A stretch of 61,566 bases of DNA, taken from assembly GCA_016618085.1 (NCBI GenBank), contig JABLTG010000126.1:1-61566 (forward strand). Direction: 5' to 3'. The notes beneath the pieces were generated by a model, which was given only the letters and a program-made list of their open reading frames with translations, was not told the origin of the DNA and ran no database searches. Made by a program: the position numbers and the translations under genes. Origin of the DNA: Neovahlkampfia damariscottae. Taxonomy: Eukaryota. This document shows positions 1 to 8,942 of the stretch, piece after piece (within the stretch, counting starts at the first letter, position 1; each line of letters opens with the position of its first letter).

Positions 1-939
1 TCTGTATCAAAAGTAAAATTAGAAACTTTAATTAAGGCTTTATCTTATGATATTATTGATGTTTCTCAATCGGAAGAAGGACCAAGTATGATATTTGTTT
101 ATGTTGTCATTCCAAATCCAGAAGAAACATATAAATATGCCAAAATAAGAAGCAATTATATTGTTTCTCTTGGATCAGAAACTATTAGACAACGTTTAAC
201 TTCAAAATATTGGAAAGAAATTATGGAAACAATAAATCCAAATAGTGGAAAATTTAGTGGAAATAATACTGCAAATGGTCGTTTATTTGAAATGATTGCA
301 AGTGTTTATTTAGAATTTGATGTAACTTTGAAGGCATATGATGAAAATCACAAACATGATCATGATTTATCATTAACCCAAACAAATAGAACTGAATTTC
401 ATGGAAATTGGGAACAATATTTAAATTATTGCTCAAAACTAAATAATAGAGAACTTGTTATTCCCACAGTAAAAAATCAACCAGTTTTAGATTTTATGGA
501 TCAATCTAATCGTGCATATCAAATTGCAGTTGGAAAAACTCATGGAATTAACAGAAAACATATTCAAAAAATTATTGAAGATTTTAATTTTACAAAAAAT
601 AATCCATTTTATTTATATTTTGTAACACCTGAATGTAATTTAAATGAATTTCAATGGAATTATGAAAAAGATTTCACCATTGATCCTAAAGTTCTATCAA
701 TTGAAAAAAAAACTGCCGATACATTAAGGAAGGAATTGAAAGATACTTATAAAGGTTTAAGTAAGAAAAACAAAGAAGAATTGGTTAAATTAATGTTAAA
801 TCATAAAAATATCCAATCAGAAACATCTGAAGAAATTTCAAAGAAAATTGAAGAATCTTTAAAGATATTTTATATTTGTATTCCAGAAAAAGCACATAAA
901 AAAATTGATGAATTAATTGAAGAATTACAAAAAATATAA
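1..939 (+). CDS. Crinkler/RHS-like protein, C-terminal PD-(D/E)xK REase domain (5'-partial)
   Basis: The frame is open from base 1 to TAA 937-939 with no introns. GRLFEMIA, IPTVKNQPVLD and AYQIAVGKTH match CRN/RHS C-terminal REase motifs. There is an HeH/SAP-like insert (TLRKELK..KGLSKKNKEELV). Confidence 0.7.
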   Translation, partial: SVSKVKLETLIKALSYDIIDVSQSEEGPSMIFVYVVIPNPEETYKYAKIRSNYIVSLGSETIRQRLTSKYWKEIMETINPNSGKFSGNNTANGRLFEMIASVYLEFDVTLKAYDENHKHDHDLSLTQTNRTEFHGNWEQYLNYCSKLNNRELVIPTVKNQPVLDFMDQSNRAYQIAVGKTHGINRKHIQKIIEDFNFTKNNPFYLYFVTPECNLNEFQWNYEKDFTIDPKVLSIEKKTADTLRKELKDTYKGLSKKNKEELVKLMLNHKNIQSETSEEISKKIEESLKIFYICIPEKAHKKIDELIEELQKI

Positions 940-1086
940 TAAAAATTATTTTTAATTTAAATAATTTAAAGTTTTAAATCCCTTTTTCTTTTGTTTTAAA
1001 ACTGCACCTATGAATTCCAAATCGTTTTGTTCCATTATATAATTGCATTATATTTTATTTTTATTGGTTATGAAAAATCAAAACAA

Positions 1087-1128
1087 AAAAGCTTCTAAAT
1101 CGGCCTCAAGGCCGGTTTGGAAGCTTTT
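1087..1128. other. 19-bp stem-loop
   Basis: aaaagcttctaaatcggcc-tcaa-ggccggtttggaagctttt. Both mismatches are G:T wobbles on the + strand. Confidence 0.8.
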
Positions 1129-1248
1129 GGACAATAAAAACACAATTTCAATTTGCCACAATATATTTGAAAATCAGCTTGGCAGTAGTTGTCGCTAACA
1201 TTCAGTCTCAACTCCTATACCCTCAATAATTGTTGTCGACATTCAGTG

Positions 1249-1499
1249 ACCAGTTTTTATTGACCGGTCATTTGGTAGGTTGGTCAGCCCTTAAAATCCT
1301 TTCCTGTAAAATTGACCATTTTTCAAAAGTTTCAGATTTTCCTAAAACCACCTTACCATTTTACCACGAATTTAATTTTACCAGTTTTTATTTTCCGGTT
1401 ATGTGGTCGGGTGGTCGGACCACTTAATCCTTCCCTGTAAAATTGAACCATTTTTCAAAATTTTATAAAATTCCAAAAACCACCTTACCATTTTACCAC
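1249..1499 (+). repeat. Two diverged ~120-bp direct repeats (period ~131 bp)
   Basis: Copies at 1249-1367 and 1380-1499. Both start accagtttttatt, contain cctgtaaaattga and end aaccaccttaccattttaccac. The core motif is inverted (tggtaaaatggtaa) at 1534-1547. Confidence 0.85.
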
Positions 1500-1700
1500 T
1501 TCCTTATCTTATTCCTTTTTGTTATAAATTAAATGGTAAAATGGTAATTGTAAATTAAAGTAATAAATTAAATGTTTCAATTAGATTGGAGTTATTAAAT
1601 TGCTCAAGGCGAAGCTGGAAGAGAAACCGTTAGGTTTTGAATTTCCGTCTTTTCGTAAATAAAATTTATTTTATTACTACGAGTCCTGCCACACACTAAT

Positions 1701-1918
1701 ATGGCCAAAATAATATGTTCTTTGAACTGGTATGGTCATTTTTGTATTGCTCATGTTCATATTCATCATAAGAACGTGGGAACTCCAAATGATCCAAGTA
1801 CTGCAAAATACAACGAAAATCTATAGTTTAAAGTTTTTTTGAATTCTTATTATTAGTTCGTTTATTATCAGAACAATGACAGGCTCAGTTACTCACTCCT
1901 GGAATTTTGAAGTTGATA
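1701..1918 (+). pseudogene. alkB: alkB-like alkane 1-monooxygenase, middle fragment left of the insertion
   Basis: Translates as MAKIICSLNWYGHFCIAHVHIHHKNVGTPNDPSTAKYNENLY, a 31-nt intron (1826-1856), then SFIIRTMTGSVTHSWNFEVD. This follows the AlkB YGHF..H...HH...TP.DP region. The N-terminal half is absent from the window. Confidence 0.85.
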
Positions 1919-2042
1919 AGTAGTAGAGTGGAAAAGTCCGGCTGGGAATTTAACTTTTTTTTATTTTCATCCCCCAAGGAAATGAAAAAAGACCATTTTC
2001 GCGGATTTTTTATTTTTTTTGACCAATTTCCGGAGTCCATTA
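1919..2042 (+). repeat. Left terminal inverted repeat (124 bp)
   Basis: agtagtagagtggaaaagtccggctggg...ccggagtccatta is the exact reverse complement of 8943-9066. Confidence 0.97.
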
Positions 2043-2149
2043 CCCATTGACTTATAAACATCACCAACTTGTGATTCTTTTGTTCCATATGTTACTTGCT
2101 TTTAGTCTTTTTGTATTTCATCGTTTAAACAAGACAATGAAATTAAATG

Positions 2150-2259
2150 AACTCGTAGTTTTTGTTAGCCATAAAATGTTTGATTGGACAATTCATATAA
2201 CCAATCACAATATTAGAACCAAACTGAAACTTTTTTATGGCTAACAAAAACTACGAGTT
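2150..2259. repeat. Palindromic module, copy 1
   Basis: Perfect 27-bp arms aactcgtagtttttgttagccataaaa (2150-2176 and 2233-2259) flank a 56-nt spacer containing tgattgg and ccaatca. Confidence 0.9.
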
Positions 2260-2280
2260 GTTTTTTCAAATGTAGATTAA

Positions 2281-2320
2281 TTGGGTTTAAGGGTAAATTA
2301 TATTATAATATTATAATATA
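2281..2320 (+). promoter_or_regulatory. Element promoter motif TTGGGTTTAA plus AT/TATA-rich tract
   Basis: The same decamer lies 40, 43 and 53 nt upstream of the ATGs at 2321, 2842 and 7617 (-). Confidence 0.7.
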
Positions 2321-2776
2321 ATGACTACATTTAAAGACATTCCTGAAGATGTTTTAAAATATTATATTTTACCTTGGAAAAGTGAAATATGCAAATTTGA
2401 ATTTTTAAATTACGGAAAAAATATTATTAAACAACTTAAAGAACATCATTATGTTTTAAAATTTGAATTTGACAATTACATGGTCCCAATTTATTTGTAT
2501 CCTTATAATTCTGGAGACATAATAAATGTAATATTTTGGAAAGATAAAAATAATTGGGGAGGTTTCAGAAGGAAAGGTCAAATTTTTTATAATTATGACA
2601 GCTTTATTAAACTTTTATTAAACGAAACAAAACAAAATATTTATAATATAATATTAAAAGAAATTTCAAAATGCAGAATTAAAAGAGTAAAATATAAAAA
2701 AAAGGATAAATCAAGATGGAGATTAAGAAATTGCATACATTATGCAAATTATTATAATTTGACTTTAAAATTTTAA
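2321..2776 (+). CDS. Element ORF with N-terminal F-box-like motif
   Basis: 151 aa. MTTFKDIPEDVLKYYILPW resembles an F-box start. It is preceded by the element promoter motif. Confidence 0.6.
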   Translation: MTTFKDIPEDVLKYYILPWKSEICKFEFLNYGKNIIKQLKEHHYVLKFEFDNYMVPIYLYPYNSGDIINVIFWKDKNNWGGFRRKGQIFYNYDSFIKLLLNETKQNIYNIILKEISKCRIKRVKYKKKDKSRWRLRNCIHYANYYNLTLKF

Positions 2777-2798
2777 TTTAATTATATAGATTTTAAAA

Positions 2799-2841
2799 TT
2801 GGGTTTAAGGAATAAATTATATTATAGTATTATATAATATA
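2799..2841 (+). promoter_or_regulatory. Element promoter motif, copy 2
   Basis: ttgggtttaaggaataaattatattatagtattatataatata directly precedes ATG 2842. Confidence 0.7.
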
Positions 2842-3363
2842 ATGGAAACTCAAAAATTAAACAAAAGAAAAATTAAAGATTTAGCAAATGAATCATTAAA
2901 CAACATTATCCACTTCAAAAAGAAGAAGGACGGACAATGTTATTATTATTACAATGATAACGAGAAACAAAAAATATTTATCACCAAAGAAGACAGAAAA
3001 AGAATTTCACAAGAAAAGAAAAAAATTAGATCTGAAAATCAATCAAAAGAAGAAGAAAAATTACCAGAAGATTTTTTAAACAAGAAAGTAATCATTGCAA
3101 GACAAGGGAATCAATATTTTTATTGGTATATTGGACCAGTATTTAACAGAACTAATATCACCAAAGAAAAAGCTGATGAAATTAAAAGAAAAGCAAAAGA
3201 ATTAAAACAAGAAAATAAAGAACAATCAGAACAAAAATATACAATTCACTACACTGTTTGGAAGGAAAAAATTATAAGAGATGAGGACAATAAAAAGATA
3301 AAAGTCAATACACAAAAAAAGATATTCCACCTAAAATTTACCCATCCAGAAGTGGGACAGTAG
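2842..3363 (+). CDS. Lys-rich ORF, probable N-terminus (terminal-protein-like) of the PolB fusion
   Basis: 173 aa with a duplicated Y.Y..ITKE motif. A -1 shift at the A7 run (3314-3320) joins it to the 3369 ORF, whose frame is open from 3294. Confidence 0.6.
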   Translation: METQKLNKRKIKDLANESLNNIIHFKKKKDGQCYYYYNDNEKQKIFITKEDRKRISQEKKKIRSENQSKEEEKLPEDFLNKKVIIARQGNQYFYWYIGPVFNRTNITKEKADEIKRKAKELKQENKEQSEQKYTIHYTVWKEKIIRDEDNKKIKVNTQKKIFHLKFTHPEVGQ

Positions 3364-3368
3364 TAATA

Positions 3369-6300
3369 ATGACAAATGATAATTATATTAAATTTTTAGA
3401 AAATTACTCAAATTATTATGATTACAATTTCAAACATAAAAATAATAAACTCATACAATATGATGAATTATTTAATGACCATTTATATATTCCAATTATT
3501 GCAGATGAACAAGACCATGACCAAATAAACAAAAATAAAGAAGATATTGTAAATTCATTGCCAATGGAAGACGATGATAAAGCACAATTTGCATTACATC
3601 TTTATTATGGTGAATTCATTTCATTTGATGATATTAGAAGAGGAACACATAAGAAAATGAATATTATGAAGACAAAATTACATGCTGAAACTTGTAATAC
3701 AATCAACAATAAAGCAATCAATTACAAAGGGAAAACATTAAAGAAAATTATTGATACAAATCAATTGAATGATGAACACAAACAAAACGCGTGTGTCTAT
3801 ACTGCTTTAATCAAAATGTATCATAATACCATAAAAATAAATCAAAAAAGAATGTCTTACAATAATTTATATCAATTCTTTCACGGTAAAAAATATATTG
3901 AAAACGCAGACCTTGGTTTAAGTATTGAACAATTTAAGAAATTCTTTGAAACATTTAATTTACATTGCACATTATTAGATGGTCAAAATAAAATATTTTA
4001 CAAATTTGTTGCTAAAAATGTAAAACACATTGAAAATAAGCATTTTAAAGCAATTATTACAAATAATCATATTTACCCATTTACCAATAGATTGAATGCG
4101 TTTAATTCAAAGGAGGAAGAAGAAATTAAAACTTGTGAATATTATAATGTAAAGCCAAAGAAAGATAAAAATGAATTGTTCATTTATGATAAAGAAGAAT
4201 TGTTGAATTTAGAATTTTCAGATGATAGATGCACAATTTATTATGGTGGAGATTTAACTGAAGTATTAATTTGGTTGAAATACACTTTAAAATATCACCC
4301 ACAAATTAGATATTCCAAATCATTAACTAATATTTTATTAAAAATAAATGATACCATTGTCAATTTAACAAATCATGATATTACATTTAATGAAGATGAA
4401 ACAGAAATTAGATGTAAAGATGAAAAAGTAAAAACTGATTATATGAAATTGTATAAAAAACACGACAATGAATTTATGAATGGATTATTATCTAAAAATT
4501 ATTTATCCACTTATTCGGATTCATTACAACATAATTTATTTAATTTTCCAATTTCATGTGCTGTTGGTAATTTAAAATGTAATATTCCAAAAGAACAGTT
4601 TGCAATTGATTTTACAAAGGCTTATTCTTCAATCTTATATGAAAGTAAATTTATTCCAGTTGCAACACCATTTGATGAATTTGAAAAATACAACGGAGAA
4701 GATATTTTACCATCAAATTTATATATGATTAAATTAGAATCTTCACCAGAAAACAAATTATTATCAGATACAACAACAAGATTAATTTATGGTGTTAATT
4801 TATTATTAATCAAAAAACATCAAAAAGTTAAAATTATGTCAGTTTGCAAGTTAAATAAAGTTCAAGATAATGATATTTTACCTTCAATTATGGATAAAAT
4901 AAAAGATAGTGGTTTAAAAGTTGATGATTGGAAATTCATTTTAAATAAAGGAATTGGATTAACTGGCAAAAGATATTCACAAGGAAGTCAAAGTGGATTA
5001 TATGATACAGAAAAAGAAGCAAATTCATATTTAAAAAAAAATAATCCACATTTTCCAAAACATGTAAGAGATACCGAATTATGGTATATTGAACATAAAG
5101 GAGAAAGAAAACAATTGAAAAATGGTCTTTATTTAATTCAAGCATTAATTTATGATACTATGAGAACAAAATTATTTTTAATGTATAAGGAATTAAGGGA
5201 TCAAGGTATTGATGTTGTATCAGTAAAAACTGATTGTATTTATACAGACAAAAAACCTGACACTTCAAAATTATCCTTTAGAACTGGCAATAAATGGGGG
5301 GAAATAAAATCAGTTCAACAAGAATATTTTAGAGGTTCAACTTTTTTAACAATGCATAAATACACCAAAGATTGCTGTGATACTTGTTTGAGAAAATGTG
5401 AAAATTTTAATGTCGAAAAAATTAAATCAAAAATCTTCAGACCACCAACAATCAATAAAATTAAATTGGAAAATGAATTTAATAATACAAAATTTAGTAA
5501 AGCAATTAATAGAACCATTGTAAGAGCTGATTTACCGGGAGCAGGAAAGACTACAAATATCATTAAATATTATCAATCCATCAACAAGAAAATATTAGTT
5601 GTTTGTCCTACAAATGTTTTAGCATTGGATATTAAAAATAAATTCAAAAAAGTTGAAGCGATTACATTTTGTAAATTGGCAGGTATTATTGTGGGAGAAG
5701 ATAAAAAAGTGTCATCGTTTGATTTAACAGATTTTGATGTCATTCTTATTGATGAAATTTATAATTTAACAACAAGTAATTTATGGGATTTAAAAAATAT
5801 CATGGAATCAAACGAAGATAAAATATTTATTGCGACTGGGGATAATTTACAAAATAGTCCAATTGAAAACTTTATTAATGATGAAACTATTTACAACAAA
5901 ATTATTGAAAATATGTTTTTTAATCATTTACAATTACATAGAAGTAGAAGAATTAAAGACGAGAAACAAGAAGAGACATTAAGAAAGTTAAAGAAATATA
6001 TTTTTGATAATTTCAATAATATTTCACGTCAAGAACTCATTAATACACTTCATACACAATTTGGAATTAAAATAAATGGGAAAAATAATTATTCAACAGA
6101 CATGAATATTACATATTTCAATTCAACAGCAATAAAAATATGCCAAGGAGTATTAAATAATTTAAAATATAAAAAGATTCAATGCAAAAAATTCAATTGG
6201 TGCATCAAAATTAAATGTTTCGTTAAACAAAGATTTAGAACAAAGGATAATTTATTTCATAGCAACTATGTTTATAATATTGTGGAATTAAATAAAGAAA

Positions 6301-6821
6301 ATGCAACATTACAAGATGTTTTAACCAAAAAAAAATATATTATTTCAATTCAACAATTAGATAGTTGTTTTCGTCCATATTTCGCTCATACAGGTCATTC
6401 AGTTCAGGGGGTTAGCACTGATAAAAAGATTAATATTTTTGATATTGAAAGTGATTTTGTTGATGACAGATGGGTTTGGACAGCATTAACTAGATGCACC
6501 AACTTAAATAATTTAAATTTAGTTGTTGAAAACAAACACTTAAAATTGAATTATGATTTTGAAAGAATGATAAATAATTACAAATCTCAAGACAACAAAG
6601 CAAAAAGAAGTATTACAAATAATTTTATCACAAAATTTGATATTATTGAAATGCATAAAAAACAAAAGGGTAAATGTATCATTTGTAAAGAACAATTTAA
6701 CTTATCACCAATTGAAGGAGACGGAAAAAACCTTTCAGTGGACAGATTAGAAAACTCCATTAGCCATTTAAAATCCAATTGTCAATTAACTTGTATTCAT
6801 TGCAATGTAAGCAAAAAATAA
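3369..6821 (+). CDS. OTU-like protease + divergent family-B DNA polymerase + SF1B helicase + HNH/EndoVII fusion
   Basis: OTU-like NACVYTAL (C142) and NNHIY (H234). PolB motif A IDFTKAY (D414), B KFILNKGIG and C VKTDCIY (D622). Helicase PGAGKTT, LIDE, GDNLQNSP, TGHSVQG and TALTR. C-terminal CIIC...SVDRLENSISHLKSNCQLTCIHCN. Confidence 0.85.
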   Translation: MTNDNYIKFLENYSNYYDYNFKHKNNKLIQYDELFNDHLYIPIIADEQDHDQINKNKEDIVNSLPMEDDDKAQFALHLYYGEFISFDDIRRGTHKKMNIMKTKLHAETCNTINNKAINYKGKTLKKIIDTNQLNDEHKQNACVYTALIKMYHNTIKINQKRMSYNNLYQFFHGKKYIENADLGLSIEQFKKFFETFNLHCTLLDGQNKIFYKFVAKNVKHIENKHFKAIITNNHIYPFTNRLNAFNSKEEEEIKTCEYYNVKPKKDKNELFIYDKEELLNLEFSDDRCTIYYGGDLTEVLIWLKYTLKYHPQIRYSKSLTNILLKINDTIVNLTNHDITFNEDETEIRCKDEKVKTDYMKLYKKHDNEFMNGLLSKNYLSTYSDSLQHNLFNFPISCAVGNLKCNIPKEQFAIDFTKAYSSILYESKFIPVATPFDEFEKYNGEDILPSNLYMIKLESSPENKLLSDTTTRLIYGVNLLLIKKHQKVKIMSVCKLNKVQDNDILPSIMDKIKDSGLKVDDWKFILNKGIGLTGKRYSQGSQSGLYDTEKEANSYLKKNNPHFPKHVRDTELWYIEHKGERKQLKNGLYLIQALIYDTMRTKLFLMYKELRDQGIDVVSVKTDCIYTDKKPDTSKLSFRTGNKWGEIKSVQQEYFRGSTFLTMHKYTKDCCDTCLRKCENFNVEKIKSKIFRPPTINKIKLENEFNNTKFSKAINRTIVRADLPGAGKTTNIIKYYQSINKKILVVCPTNVLALDIKNKFKKVEAITFCKLAGIIVGEDKKVSSFDLTDFDVILIDEIYNLTTSNLWDLKNIMESNEDKIFIATGDNLQNSPIENFINDETIYNKIIENMFFNHLQLHRSRRIKDEKQEETLRKLKKYIFDNFNNISRQELINTLHTQFGIKINGKNNYSTDMNITYFNSTAIKICQGVLNNLKYKKIQCKKFNWCIKIKCFVKQRFRTKDNLFHSNYVYNIVELNKENATLQDVLTKKKYIISIQQLDSCFRPYFAHTGHSVQGVSTDKKINIFDIESDFVDDRWVWTALTRCTNLNNLNLVVENKHLKLNYDFERMINNYKSQDNKAKRSITNNFITKFDIIEMHKKQKGKCIICKEQFNLSPIEGDGKNLSVDRLENSISHLKSNCQLTCIHCNVSKK

Positions 6822-6838
6822 AATTTTATTTTTGACCA

Positions 6839-7165
6839 ATGAGTAAATTTTGTGAAACTTGCAACAAAACGGTGTCATCCAGCAACTGGAGCAAACACAT
6901 AAAAACAAAAAAACACCAAGAAAACGAAAAAAGAATTGTTAAAGAAAAAAATAAATGTTCAGATTGTGGAAAATCATTTTCTCATGCTCCTCTCTTTCAA
7001 AACACAAAAGAAAAACATGATAAAATTTTAGAGTTTAATTATTATTGCACTGTATGCCATACTTATTTAAAAGACAAACAAGTATATGAAAATCACAAAG
7101 GAACCAAAAAACACATGCAAACATTGGAGAATAAAATAAGAAAGTCCAAGGTATCTTACCAATAA
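6839..7165 (+). CDS. Multi C2H2/U1-type zinc-finger protein
   Basis: CETC..HIKTKKH, CSDC (degenerate second finger) and CTVC..HKGTKKH. Confidence 0.8.
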   Translation: MSKFCETCNKTVSSSNWSKHIKTKKHQENEKRIVKEKNKCSDCGKSFSHAPLFQNTKEKHDKILEFNYYCTVCHTYLKDKQVYENHKGTKKHMQTLENKIRKSKVSYQ

Positions 7166-7267
7166 GACATTCTTTTGATTACAAAAAGACTAGAAATGTT
7201 GTTATTAAAGAAAAAACAATATTTATAAATGTTAAAGCTTAAAAAAAAAGTGATGAAGAATAAATTT

Positions 7268-7370
7268 TCGTAGTTTTTGTTAGCCATAATTTGATTGGAT
7301 TGAATTATAAATTGTGACCAATGATTGGAGTATAAAAATGCACTAAAATTATGGCTAACAAAAAGTACGA
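7268..7370. repeat. Palindromic module, copy 2
   Basis: 25-bp arms (7268-7292 and 7346-7370, one mismatch) share the cgtagtttttgttagccataa core with copy 1. The spacer contains tgattgg and ccaat. It lies between convergent genes. Confidence 0.9.
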
Positions 7371-7407
7371 GAAAAAATACTTTAGAATTTCTCAATAAAA
7401 GTGATAT

Positions 7408-7617
7408 CTACAGCTCCAGCATTTTTTGGTGCCTTTTAGAAGTGCAATGTCTTTGAAATTTATATTTTCTTACGTCCATATTACAACATTCACATCTTTT
7501 TAATTCATATAAGTTTTTCTTTATATTTTCTTTATTTTCTTGATGATAATTTTTAAAATATTCTTTAAAGTGTTCTTCTTTTTCAATTTCAGATTTAAAA
7601 TTATATTTTTTTGGCAT
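7408..7617 (-). CDS. Small zinc-finger protein
   Basis: 69 aa with CECC....YKFQRHCTSKRH. The promoter motif lies at 7661-7670 on the minus strand. Confidence 0.7.
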   Translation of the reverse strand: MPKKYNFKSEIEKEEHFKEYFKNYHQENKENIKKNLYELKRCECCNMDVRKYKFQRHCTSKRHQKMLEL

Positions 7618-7702
7618 TGTATTGATAGTTATATTATTGTCACATATAATTATTATAACTTTAAACCCAAAAATTTTATTTGCATTGAAATTGAAATTAA
7701 TT

Positions 7703-8165
7703 TTACTTTAAATAGTCACTCCACCTGTCCGTAATGTTTGCAAATTTATCATCAACTTCATCCAAAAAAGCATTATATTTCTGTTTGTCTTTGGATTCAG
7801 AACAGTCAAAACAGGTAAGGTATTCCATTTTGCATTGTGAGTCATCAATTTTTGTCATTAAAAATATAAATCTTTCATTGTTTTCTCCTATCAAAGTCCA
7901 AACATGATCGCCTTTGTATAATATATTTCCAGGTTTATTTTTTTTAGAATTTGAAGACGCTCCAAAAAAATTTCCTTTTAGTAACCAACTGATTAATTTT
8001 ATCTTTAAGAGAATTTGGGACAAATAAAAGTGGCTTTTTTGATGAGACATCTGGCATTCCTTGAGCCTTAAAATTACGTAATTCTGTGGCATTCTCAAAC
8101 TTAGTGGTGTCAATTCCTCGGTAAGGACTCATACTCATCATTGTCTTGAATGCTTCTACGTCCAT
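7703..8165 (-). CDS. Hypothetical element protein, split by a probable frameshift
   Basis: ORFs 7944-8165 and 7703-8113 join if one A is removed near 7977-7980 (LVT-KGNFFGAS). Confidence 0.5.
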
Positions 8166-8260
8166 CAGACCTTCAAAGAATTACAGAACAAAGATCAAAC
8201 TGAATGTGTTATAAAATTATTTTTGTTGGAGGAAAAAACCTATTTTTATCTTCAAACAAA

Positions 8261-8668
8261 ATGAACGAACCAGAATTTTTTGAAGACGCCGAAGAAATGG
8301 GTTTTATTGAAAAAGGGTGCTCTGTTAAAGAGATCCAAGTTGTCATAAACGAACAACCTCAAGAGCTTAAAGAAATTTTTGAGATTTTTGACAAAAAATT
8401 TTCAAACATAAAATTAGATATTGATAAAAAGTTTTCAGGCATGAACTGTTTATTGGAAGTCGAAGAAATTATGTCAATAATTTTTTCCTTTTTGGAATCA
8501 AAAACTTACATGAAATTATGTGCAGTTTCTCATCAATTTTATGAACATTGTCAAAACAACTTATTTTCCCATATTCTTCAAACTCAACCATCTCAACATC
8601 AAAATGTAAAAGTAATAAAATGGCTTGAAATGAAATCTGAGCAATACAAAAAAAAAAAAAAGGTTTAA
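8261..8668 (+). CDS. F-box-containing element protein
   Basis: LLEVEEIMSIIFSFLESKTYMKLCAVSHQFYE fits the F-box consensus. Confidence 0.7.
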   Translation: MNEPEFFEDAEEMGFIEKGCSVKEIQVVINEQPQELKEIFEIFDKKFSNIKLDIDKKFSGMNCLLEVEEIMSIIFSFLESKTYMKLCAVSHQFYEHCQNNLFSHILQTQPSQHQNVKVIKWLEMKSEQYKKKKKV

Positions 8669-8688
8669 ATGTCCTTAGCTCTCAAGAG

Positions 8689-8871
8689 ATGAACTCATTG
8701 CTCAAAGTGTCGAAAGAATACGAAGAAATCCAAAAAAAAAAAATTGAAGTAGAAATGTCTCTTTTAAGTTGTTGTTTCATATTTGAGAGGGCTCTACAAA
8801 AAAAAGATGAAAAAATTAGTGAGCTTACAAAAAAACTCAATGACCTTAAAATTATGGATAACAAAAAGTAA
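8689..8871 (+). CDS. Small coiled-coil element protein
   Basis: 60-aa ATG-initiated Lys/Glu-rich ORF just inside the right TIR. Confidence 0.4.
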   Translation: MNSLLKVSKEYEEIQKKKIEVEMSLLSCCFIFERALQKKDEKISELTKKLNDLKIMDNKK

Positions 8872-8942
8872 GAAGGTGGATAAAATTTTCAAAATTCAAA
8901 AAACCGCCGAGTTGAGGTCTGTGAGGGTATGAAAAGGGGCTC

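Noticed and set aside
1249..1499. CRISPR-like array
   Set aside because: Only two long diverged units, no repeat-spacer pattern, and a eukaryotic context.
1676..1684. actacgagt shared between the putative left-element end and the palindromic module arm
   Set aside because: A 9-bp match is too short to distinguish from chance.
1885..2088. ORF 1885-2088 (-) and ORF 8896-9099 (-)
   Set aside because: They are chance frames running through the TIRs and across the element-host junctions.
3369..6821. Helitron Rep-helicase interpretation
   Set aside because: No HUH/Y2 Rep motifs. The element has TIRs, a 6-bp TSD and PolB motifs, which Helitrons lack.
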